A stretch of DNA of 64,000 nt from Trueperaceae bacterium (GTDB taxonomy: Bacteria; Deinococcota; Deinococci; Deinococcales; Trueperaceae): contig OZ243927.1 in NCBI GenBank assembly GCA_965213925.1, forward strand, positions 2,304,001 through 2,368,000, written 5' to 3'. Made by a program: the position numbers and the translations under genes. Below are positions 55,996-64,000 of this stretch, piece after piece. Every line of letters begins with the position of its first letter. Within the stretch, counting starts at the first letter, position 1. The notes beneath the pieces are model-generated. The model worked only from the letters and a program-made list of their open reading frames with translations, searched no databases and was not told the origin of the DNA.

Positions 55996-57525
55996 ATGCT
56001 TAACCTTGTGAGCTTACGTTTGCCGACGCGACCCCGTGACCCGACGCCTGCCGAGCCGACGACCGAGCACTCTATAGCGATTCGCTTAGCAGGCGTCTCG
56101 GTCACATTTCAGGACAACCCGGTGCTGCGCAACGTAGACCTAGAGGTCAGGCGCGGCGAGTTCGTGGCGCTTATCGGTCCGTCGGGCGGCGGTAAAAGCA
56201 CCCTTTTGCGCGTGGTCGCGGGGCTCCTTAGAGCGAACGAGGGCGAGGTGGAGGTGCAGGGCGGTCCCGCCGTCGTCTTTCAGGACTACCGCCTTTTGCC
56301 CTGGCGCACGGTGCGGCGCAACGCCTCGTTGCCCCGCGACCTCACGGGACGCGGCGAGGACGCAGACGCGGTCTTGAAGCAGGTAGGGATGCTGGAGCAC
56401 GCCGCTCGCTATCCACATCAGCTTTCGGGCGGGATGCAAGCGAGAGTGGCGATTGCGCGGGCGCTCGCCCAAGACGCCGAAGTCCTCCTGATGGATGAGC
56501 CCTTCGCCGCGCTGGACGCCCTGGTGCGTGAACGCTTCAACTTAGAACTCAAGCGCCTACATGAAAAGACACAGAAGACCGTTCTCTTCGTGACGCACAG
56601 CATCCGCGAGGCGGTCTACATGGCGGACCGCGTAGTTGTTTTGAAAGACGGGCGTATCGAGACGGTCTTAGATGCCCGCACCGAAGGACGCATCACCGCG
56701 TACGAGGCGGGTTTGGAGGCTGACTTGCGTTCGCGCTTAGGCGTCGCCGACTCGACCGAGCTTCGCGTCGCGCGCACGCCGCCGCGTGCGCCCTGGGAAC
56801 TCTTAGGCACGGCGGCACTTCTCGTCCTTTTCTTAGTAGGTTGGAGTACGCTCGCCACGCGCGTCTCGCCGCTCTTTTTGCCCTCACCCTTAGAGGTCGG
56901 AGAGGCGCTTCTAAACAACGCCGCCGTTCTCACCAGTCACACGCTCGCCACCTTGCGCGTTACGCTCCTAGGCGTTCTTGTTGCGCTTGGGTTAGGCGTG
57001 CCGCTAGGCTACCTTATGGGGCGCTCGAAGCCTTTAGAGCGCCTTCTGTCACCCTTTATCGTCTCGCTTCAAGCCGTGCCGACCGTGATTATCGCGCCAC
57101 TCCTCGTCCTCTGGCTCGGCTACGGCTTGCCCGCCAAACTCACCGTGACCTCGCTGATTTCGGTTTTTCCGGTGCTCGTCTCGACGGTGGTCGGCGTGCG
57201 CGAAGTCGGGCGGGTTTACCGCGAAGTGTTTAAGACCATCGGCGCGACGGCTTGGGGGAACTTTACGCGGCTCGAGCTGCCCGGCGCGCTCCCCGTCGTG
57301 TTGGGTGGTCTGCGCCTCACCGTAACGCTGGCGCTCATCGGCACGGTCGTGGGCGAATTCGTCTTCGGCGGACCGGGTTTAGGCGCGTTCGCGAACAGCG
57401 AGCGGCTGAACTTCCGGGTGGCGAACGCGGTGGCGGCGGTCGGTGTAAACGTTGCGCTCGGCTTACTCCTTTACGGCGCGGTCGGGCTTCTGGAGAGGTG
57501 GGCGCTGAGCTACCGCCGCAGGTAA
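55996..57525 (+). CDS. NitT/TauT-type ABC transporter, fused ATPase and permease
   Basis: [15 protein letters not shown] and LMDEPF motifs followed by TM helices; start uncertain. Confidence 0.88.
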   Translation: MLNLVSLRLPTRPRDPTPAEPTTEHSIAIRLAGVSVTFQDNPVLRNVDLEVRRGEFVALIGPSGGGKSTLLRVVAGLLRANEGEVEVQGGPAVVFQDYRLLPWRTVRRNASLPRDLTGRGEDADAVLKQVGMLEHAARYPHQLSGGMQARVAIARALAQDAEVLLMDEPFAALDALVRERFNLELKRLHEKTQKTVLFVTHSIREAVYMADRVVVLKDGRIETVLDARTEGRITAYEAGLEADLRSRLGVADSTELRVARTPPRAPWELLGTAALLVLFLVGWSTLATRVSPLFLPSPLEVGEALLNNAAVLTSHTLATLRVTLLGVLVALGLGVPLGYLMGRSKPLERLLSPFIVSLQAVPTVIIAPLLVLWLGYGLPAKLTVTSLISVFPVLVSTVVGVREVGRVYREVFKTIGATAWGNFTRLELPGALPVVLGGLRLTVTLALIGTVVGEFVFGGPGLGAFANSERLNFRVANAVAAVGVNVALGLLLYGAVGLLERWALSYRRR

Positions 57526-57531
57526 GTTGCG

Positions 57532-58023
57532 GTGAAGAAACAAGAGGTCATCGTGGATTTCGAACTTAGAGAAGCCACGCCTAACGACGCGGAAGCTATG
57601 GCGCAGCTTTGGCTCGAGGCTACCGCCGAAGTCGCCCAGCACGAACCCATTTACACTCCTTACATCAGCCAAGCTGAGTTGACTAAACGCCTAGCTAAAG
57701 AACTGAGTGAAGAGGTCAAAAGAGCTTACGTTGTCTATGCCGGAAATACTTTAGCCGCTTACGTCACCTTCTGCACCGAGGACGAAGCACCTATTTTCAT
57801 ACCCAGACGCTATCTCTACATCACTGACTTAGATGTTTCCGCCACCTTTCGCCAAAAAGGTTTGAGCCGCTTACTGATGGCTGAAGTCGAGTCTTATGCT
57901 AAGTCTCAGCGGATTGACCGCCTCGAACTCTCGGTTGCTTTAGCCGACCCTCGAGCCAAAGCGGTGTGGGAACGCCACGGCTTTAGGCCGCATCTGCTTA
58001 TGATGAATAAAGAGGTCGAATGA
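57532..58023 (+). CDS. GNAT acetyltransferase
   Basis: LDVSATFRQKGLSRLLM and WERHGF motifs. Confidence 0.85.
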   Translation: MKKQEVIVDFELREATPNDAEAMAQLWLEATAEVAQHEPIYTPYISQAELTKRLAKELSEEVKRAYVVYAGNTLAAYVTFCTEDEAPIFIPRRYLYITDLDVSATFRQKGLSRLLMAEVESYAKSQRIDRLELSVALADPRAKAVWERHGFRPHLLMMNKEVE

Positions 58024-58137
58024 AGAGGTGATGAGCCTTTCCTGTCGCGCTGCTCACGGAATTTCTCAATTCACTGGGTATCTTGTATCTTAGCTTTTTG
58101 TAAGCTTTTAATCCCTAAGGAGGTGTGTCAGTTCTTA

Positions 58138-59150
58138 TGACGACACTACTGCGCCATACTATTCTTCCTTTACTCCTACTTGCGACAACCGCGTGTGCTC
58201 AGAGCACGGATACGGTGCGTGTCGGGCTCGGCTACTTACCCGACGTGCAGTTCGCGCCCTTTTATACCGCTGCGGCTGAGGGTTTCTACAAAGAACAGGG
58301 GTTAGAGGTCGAATTCCAGCACGGCTTCGTCAGCGAACTCTACCCGCTCTTAGCCCAAGGTAGGCTCGACTTCGTTGTAGGCGACGCCGAAGACGTCATC
58401 AGTTTGCGCGCCCAAGACCCTGACAACACGCGCTTCGTCTACCTTATGGCGCTCTTTCAGCGCGTACCGAGTGCGCTCTTTTCGCTGCCAGACGCGAACA
58501 TCACTGAAATCGAGGACTTAGCAGGTAAGACGGTGGGCTTGCCGGGGCTCTTCGGCTCGTCGTACACCTCGTTTCAAGGGGTGTTGCAAGCGGCGGATTT
58601 GACGGAAGACGACCTTTCTGTAGAGCAAATCGGCTTCACGCAGTTGGAGGCTATCCTCGGCGGTCGCGTAGACGTGGCGATGGGTTTTATCAACAACGAA
58701 CCGCTCGTTTTGGCACAACGTGGCGTCGAGGTGAACGTCATCCCCGCTGGCGACTACAACCCGGCACCGGGCGCGGGCGTCGTCACCACGGAAGCGGTTT
58801 TGGAGAACGAGGACCTGGTGCGGCGTTTTCTGAGCGCGTCGCAAGAGGCGCTAGCGCTGACTTTAGAGGAGCCTGAACGCGCGTTTGAGGCGTCGAGGGG
58901 CTACGTAGAAAACCTAGACGAAGACCGCTTAGCGGTTTTAGAGGCGACGCTGCCTCTCTTTACCTCAGCCTACAGCGAGGCTAACGGCGTAGGCTTCACC
59001 AACCCGGCACGCTGGGACGACGCGCTCACATTTTTGCAAGAGGTCGGGCGCGTCGAGACGGACCTCTCGGCGGATACGTTTTTCAGTAATGAGTACTTGG
59101 ACCCGGCGGTGAATGTTGAAGGGGTAGGAACGGGCGGCTCGAGTCCATAA
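58138..59150 (+). CDS. NMT1/THI5-like ABC substrate-binding protein
   Basis: Signal peptide; GLGYLPDVQFAPFY and GLPGLFGSSY motifs; start may be GTG 58123. Confidence 0.85.
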
Positions 59151-59175
59151 GCTCAGCCAGAGCGTCCCACCTACC

Positions 59176-59204
59176 TTGTCCCGAACGCTCTGTTTTGCTA
59201 CACT
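59176..59204 (+). promoter_or_regulatory. Promoter TTGTCC-N17-TACACT with extended -10
   Basis: Consensus spacing; directly precedes the T-box. Confidence 0.7.
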
Positions 59205-59210
59205 TCGTTT

Positions 59211-59570
59211 AGGAGGAGTAGCTCGCTTTTCACTTCTCGAGAGAGCCTGGACGGTGCGCTGAAAGTCCGAGCGGAGCGTAGCGAGTGAAGGTCGCCTAGC
59301 GAGGTATCATCTTGCAAAAGATGGTGCTCGTACGAGGAAGAAAGGTAAGAGTAGCGCAGTATCTAAGGTCTTCCTGATCTTGAAAGCTACTAGCTTTAGC
59401 CGAGTAGACCCTCCGGTGAACACAAACCTTGTCACTGTGTTCAAGTCGCCCCGTCAGCCGCGACGCAATGAAGCGCCTTGTGCCGTGCATAAGGAACTGC
59501 GGTGGTAACGCGGGGAAGAGCCTCGTCCGCACCTTACGTACAAAACTACGTGAGCGGAGGAGGCGTTTTT
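59211..59570 (+). ncRNA. T-box riboswitch (Val)
   Basis: Stem I AGTA, GAGAGAG and GCTGAAA elements; GAA-G-GTC specifier at 59291-59293; T-box GCGGTGGTAACGCG; terminator 59520-59570. Confidence 0.88.
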
Positions 59571-60320
59571 GTGGATGAATTCGGTGAGCTTTACAGAAAG
59601 TTTCATGAGGTGCGCCAGTCCGACGCGCGCACCCAAAAAGAGGTGGACGGGCTCGTGACTGCCCTTGACCTCTCGACGGGTCAGCGCGTTTTAGACCTCG
59701 GGTGCGGTTGGGGCGTGCACCTCGCAGAACTGGCGCGTCGCGGCTTCGGACCGCTCGTCGGGGTGGACGCGCAAGCGCGTTACTTAGAGAGGGCGGCGGA
59801 GCGTTTGGCGTCTTTCGACGCCGCTTTAGTCGAAAGAGATGCCAGAGCCTTACCTTTCGACTCCGTCTTCGACGCCGCGTACTGCCTCTACAACACGCTC
59901 TTCGCCTGGGACGACGAAACGCACCTGGGCATTTTGCGCGGCGTCGCGACCTCGCTCCAACCGGGCGGACGTTTCCTCTTCGACACGACCAACCGCGAGC
60001 GGGTCGCTCAAAGCGGCGTTCAGCAGAGCTGGCAGCGTTCCGCTAAAGATTTACCTTGGCTCTTGCGCGAATCGCGCTTCGACGCCTACACGGGCGACCA
60101 GCACCACACCGAGCACTACGTTTTTCCTGACGGTAGGGTTCAAACGCAGACCTTTAAGCGCCGCCACTACACGGTGAAAGAACTCGTCAGACTTTTCGAA
60201 CGAGCGGGGCTGCGTGTCACGGGGTGCTTCGGCGCGCTCGATCTCAGCCCCTATACGCTGGATAGTCCGCGAACTATCCTCGTCGCTGAACTCGACACTA
60301 AAAAAGGAGTACCCCAATGA
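59571..60320 (+). CDS. Class I SAM-dependent methyltransferase
   Basis: VLDLGCGWG and LQPGGRFLFD motifs; GGAGG RBS before GTG 59571. Confidence 0.88.
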   Translation: MDEFGELYRKFHEVRQSDARTQKEVDGLVTALDLSTGQRVLDLGCGWGVHLAELARRGFGPLVGVDAQARYLERAAERLASFDAALVERDARALPFDSVFDAAYCLYNTLFAWDDETHLGILRGVATSLQPGGRFLFDTTNRERVAQSGVQQSWQRSAKDLPWLLRESRFDAYTGDQHHTEHYVFPDGRVQTQTFKRRHYTVKELVRLFERAGLRVTGCFGALDLSPYTLDSPRTILVAELDTKKGVPQ

Positions 60321-62971
60321 CCGACACTGCAAACGTGCCTCGAGACCTAACAAAACAAAATCTGGCTAAGCAATACAATCCCTTTGAGGTTGAAGAGAGA
60401 TGGGTGGAGCGCTGGGCTGAAGAGCCTTTCACCGCCGACGCGACCTCGAGCAAAGAACCCTTCTGCATCGTCATTCCGCCGCCCAACGTCACGGGCAACC
60501 TGCACTTAGGTCACGCCTTTGATAACACCATTATCGACACGCTGATTCGCTTCAAGCGGATGCAGGGTTATGAAGCACTTTTTCAGCCCGGCACCGACCA
60601 CGCGGGCATCTCGACGCAGGTGCAAGTCGAGCGTGCCCTGCGCGAAGAGGGTAAAACCAAATACGACCTCGGGCGTGACCAGTTTTTGGAGCGCGTTTGG
60701 AAGTGGAAAGAGCGCTACGGTGGCATCATCTTAGGTCAACTCCAGCGCTTAGGGATTTCAGCGGACTGGACGCGCACGCGCTTTACGATGGACGAGGGGT
60801 TGTCGCGTGCGGTGCGTAAGCAGTTCGTGGACCTCTATCATCAGGGGCTCGTCTACCGGGGTGAGCGTATCGTCAACTGGGACCCGGCGAGCCAGACGAC
60901 GCTCTCCGAACTCGAGGTAGACCGCGAGGAGCGGCAGGGGAAGCTCTACACGCTGGCGTACGAATTAGAGGGTGGCGGCGCTATTCACATCGCTACGGTG
61001 CGCCCTGAAACCATCTTTGCCGACCAAGCCATCGCCGTGCACCCCGACGACGAGCGTTTCAAAAAGTTAGTCGGCACGAAAGCGCGCATCCCGCTAACCG
61101 AACGTTGGGTGCCCATCATCACCGACGAAGCCGTCGAGATGGACTTTGGCACGGGCGCGCTCAAAATCACGCCTGCGCACGACCCGACGGACTTTGAAAT
61201 AGGGGAGAGGCACGACCTGGAGCGCCCCAGCGTCATCGATTTGGACGCCAAGCTCTTCGGCGAGTTGGTGCCCGAAGCGTTTCGCGGCTTAGACCGCTTC
61301 GAGGCGCGGAAAGAGGTGGTGAAGGCGTTGGAGGCGAGCAGCGAACTGTTGGGGCAGCGTGACTACACCGTCGCCTTAGGGCTCTCGCAGCGCACCGGCG
61401 AGCCCGTCGAACCTCTTTTATCCAAGCAGTGGTTTTACAATACGCAAGAGGTCGCGAAGCGCGTGCTACGCGGGCTAGACGAGGGCGACATCGCCATCTT
61501 CCCCGAGCGCTACGCCAAGGTCAACCGCGACTGGCTGGAAAACCTGCGCGACTGGAACATCTCGCGCCAGCTTTGGTGGGGACATCAAATTCCGGCGTGG
61601 TACGACGGCGAGGGCAACGTCTTTGTCCCCGACGCGGATGACCCCTACACCGACCCGGCGCAGAAAACCGACGCCGCTTTGACCCAAGACCCGGACGTGT
61701 TCGACACTTGGTTCTCCTCGAACCTGTGGCCCTTCTCCACGCTCGGTTGGCCCGACACGGACGCACCTTTTTTCAAGAAGTTCTACCCGACTTCGGTGCT
61801 GGTAACAGGCTACGACATCCTCTTCTTGTGGGTCGCCCGAATGGAGATGGCGGGCTATCAGTTCACGGACCGAGCGCCTTTTAAGCACGTCTTCTTGCAC
61901 GGGCTCGTCTTAGACGAAAAAGGTCAGAAGATGTCCAAGTCGAAGGGCAACGGCATCGACCCCTTAGAGGTCATCGGGCGCTACGGCGCGGACGCCTTGC
62001 GCTTCGCGACGAGCTACGCTTCGACGGGTGGGCAAGACATCCGCTGGGACGAGCGCCGCGTAGAGATGGGGCGAAACTTCAATAACAAGCTGTGGAACGC
62101 GGCGCGGTTTGCGTTTATGCATCTTGGAGGTAGCATCTCGTCATCAACGAGCGATGTAGAGGTGAAACCGAACACCCTCGCCGACGCTTGGATTTTAAGC
62201 CGCCTCCAACGCGCCACAAAAGAAGCGACGGAGCGCTTAGAAGCGTACGATTTAGGCGGCGCGAACCGCGCGCTCTACGACTTCGTCTGGTCGGAGTTCT
62301 GCGACTGGTATTTAGAGGCGGCTAAACCGCAGCTCTACGCCGAGAACGCGCAAACGAAGGCAGTGCTGCGTCACACCTTCACCTCGATTCTTAAACTTCT
62401 GCATCCGATTGTTCCTTTTATCACCTCCGAGCTTTATGAGGCGCTAGGTCATGAGGCGCAGCTAGGCTACACCGAGTGGCCTCGAGCGGACGAAACGTTG
62501 ATGAGCGAGGATGCCGAGCGCGACTTTGTACACTTGCAAAACGCCGTCACTGCCGCCCGCAACCTCCGCGCCGAAGCGAACTTGAACCCGACCCAAAAGA
62601 TCAACCTCTTCGCCGAAGGGGACGCGGCAGGCGTGCTCTACGCGAATAAAAATAAAGAGGTGGTGGAGAGTCTGGCGCGGGCGACGCTTTTAGACACGCA
62701 ACCAGAAGGTGCGTCCCTTTCGCAAGTTGTGCCGGGCATCAAGCTCAAACTCCCCTTCGAAGGACTCGTAGACGTAGACGAGTGGCGGCAGCGGCAGGAG
62801 AAGCGCCTAGCTGAGCTTGAAAAGAACGCGCAGAAGAGCGAGAAAAAGCTCGGCAACGCGAAGTTCGTGGAGAACGCGCCTGATGAAGTCGTAGCAGAGG
62901 AGCGCAGGCGTTTAGAGGAGGCGAAAGCGCTGATTGAAGGGGTTAAGGGGAGCTTGGCGCAGCTCGGTTAA
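60317..62971 (+). CDS. valS: Valine-tRNA ligase
   Basis: PPPNVTGNLHLGHA, WNISRQLWWGH and KMSKSKGN motifs; coiled-coil C-terminus. Confidence 0.98.
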   Translation: MTDTANVPRDLTKQNLAKQYNPFEVEERWVERWAEEPFTADATSSKEPFCIVIPPPNVTGNLHLGHAFDNTIIDTLIRFKRMQGYEALFQPGTDHAGISTQVQVERALREEGKTKYDLGRDQFLERVWKWKERYGGIILGQLQRLGISADWTRTRFTMDEGLSRAVRKQFVDLYHQGLVYRGERIVNWDPASQTTLSELEVDREERQGKLYTLAYELEGGGAIHIATVRPETIFADQAIAVHPDDERFKKLVGTKARIPLTERWVPIITDEAVEMDFGTGALKITPAHDPTDFEIGERHDLERPSVIDLDAKLFGELVPEAFRGLDRFEARKEVVKALEASSELLGQRDYTVALGLSQRTGEPVEPLLSKQWFYNTQEVAKRVLRGLDEGDIAIFPERYAKVNRDWLENLRDWNISRQLWWGHQIPAWYDGEGNVFVPDADDPYTDPAQKTDAALTQDPDVFDTWFSSNLWPFSTLGWPDTDAPFFKKFYPTSVLVTGYDILFLWVARMEMAGYQFTDRAPFKHVFLHGLVLDEKGQKMSKSKGNGIDPLEVIGRYGADALRFATSYASTGGQDIRWDERRVEMGRNFNNKLWNAARFAFMHLGGSISSSTSDVEVKPNTLADAWILSRLQRATKEATERLEAYDLGGANRALYDFVWSEFCDWYLEAAKPQLYAENAQTKAVLRHTFTSILKLLHPIVPFITSELYEALGHEAQLGYTEWPRADETLMSEDAERDFVHLQNAVTAARNLRAEANLNPTQKINLFAEGDAAGVLYANKNKEVVESLARATLLDTQPEGASLSQVVPGIKLKLPFEGLVDVDEWRQRQEKRLAELEKNAQKSEKKLGNAKFVENAPDEVVAEERRRLEEAKALIEGVKGSLAQLG

Positions 62972-63104
62972 GCGTGAAGGGGCGGCTCGTTCAGTCGTCC
63001 CCTCAACGATCACCCGAACGTGTGCGGACGCTTAGGCTTCTTGTCGCCCGCCACATTTATCTCACGACCCTCCTGTCTTACCATGAGGGTATAAGGGGTG
63101 AGAT

Positions 63105-64000
63105 ATGAAACGACGTGCTTTCTTTTTGCTGCTTCTAACGCTGAGTTCGGTGCTGTGGGTCGCTTGCTCGAGCCCTGAACCGAGCCCCGGAGCTGAAACC
63201 GAAGTGCCCAGCGCCGCAGTTCCCATCATCATCGACACCGACGTAGGCGTCGACATCGACGACGCGGGCGCGCTCGCCGTGCTCCACACGCTCGCCGACA
63301 GAGGTGAAGCGACGATCCTAGCGACGGTCTCCAACGTCTACGATCCGTATGCGTCCGCTACAATCGACGCTATCAACACCTACTACGGTCGCCCCGACAT
63401 CCCTATCGGCCGCAACCCGAACCCCGCGCACTACCCCGTGGCGACCCCCTATTGGCGTCCCAGCATCCCCCACTTCGTGAAGGCGATGGCTGAATTTCCC
63501 AACGACACCGACTTAGGCGCGCTGCCGCCTGCCGTCACGGTTTACCGGCAGGCCTTAGCGGCGCAGCCGGACGGGAGCGTCACGGTGGTGTCGCTCGGCT
63601 TCATGCAAAACTTAGCTGACCTCATGGACTCCGCGCCCGACGAGTACAGCGACCTGAGCGGTTCGGACCTGATTCGGCAAAAGGTCGACAAGCTCGTCGT
63701 GATGGCTGGGTACTACCCTGGTCATCCAGGGGAACTCTACCTAGCGGGCGGCAAAGAGATGAGCGCCGCCCCCGCTAAACAAGTCGTCGACGGCTGGCCC
63801 ACCTCCGTCGTCTTTTCGCCGGGCAACGCGGATGTGTGCGACGGCGTTGTGAACGGGGGAACGCTCTCCGAGGAGACGCCTATCACTAATCCGGTGCGGC
63901 TAGGCTACGAGCTTTTTAACGGATCGGAGCGGGGGCGCACTGCCTGGGACCTCTGCGTGGTGCTCTACGCCGTGCGCGGTCTCGCCGACCCGGAGGACGG
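63105..64000 (+). CDS. Nucleoside-hydrolase-family lipoprotein (runs off the window)
   Basis: Translated by hand: MKRR..WVAC lipobox, IIIDTDVGVDIDDAGAL and AINTYYGRPDIPIG. Confidence 0.85.
   Translation, partial: MKRRAFFLLLLTLSSVLWVACSSPEPSPGAETEVPSAAVPIIIDTDVGVDIDDAGALAVLHTLADRGEATILATVSNVYDPYASATIDAINTYYGRPDIPIGRNPNPAHYPVATPYWRPSIPHFVKAMAEFPNDTDLGALPPAVTVYRQALAAQPDGSVTVVSLGFMQNLADLMDSAPDEYSDLSGSDLIRQKVDKLVVMAGYYPGHPGELYLAGGKEMSAAPAKQVVDGWPTSVVFSPGNADVCDGVVNGGTLSEETPITNPVRLGYELFNGSERGRTAWDLCVVLYAVRGLADPED

Noticed and set aside
1..64000. tRNA, rRNA, prophage, integron or defence-system genes
   Set aside because: None recognised; sbcDC looks like the housekeeping pair

Overview
Bacterial chromosomal window of roughly 60% GC (estimated by eye). 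Protein content, a short IF2 and many leaderless TAnnnT-N5/6-ATG starts point to Deinococcota, probably Truepera-like (inference). Core genes include rocF, asd, proB, malic enzyme, rimP-nusA-ylxR-infB, upp-wecA-wecB, plsY, recO, sbcDC, malQ and valS, mixed with toxin-antitoxin modules and remnants. The most unusual signal is a layered set of very small mobile repeats. (1) A 111-bp TA-duplicating MITE occurs as 3 exact-length copies plus 2 degenerate ones; two copies disrupt genes whose frames are restored by removing it. (2) A 22-nt element (ACCGTTCGTCCAGCTTGACTGG) frameshifts an IS982 transposase, inserted independently into both arms of another repeat, and nests inside itself with other ~20-nt hairpin modules. 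Also notable: a candidate sRNA with a direct-repeat promoter architecture shared with a GGDEF-EAL gene; a candidate c-di-GMP-I riboswitch plus VpsT/CsgD-like regulator upstream of an RTX lipoprotein; a divergent polyprenyl-phospho-arabinose-type cluster (HAD-UbiA, DprE1, DprE2, flippase-like, DUF2079); a Val T-box whose first gene is a methyltransferase; and a candidate leaderless-peptide attenuator. All family names come from motif recognition by eye, not database searches.
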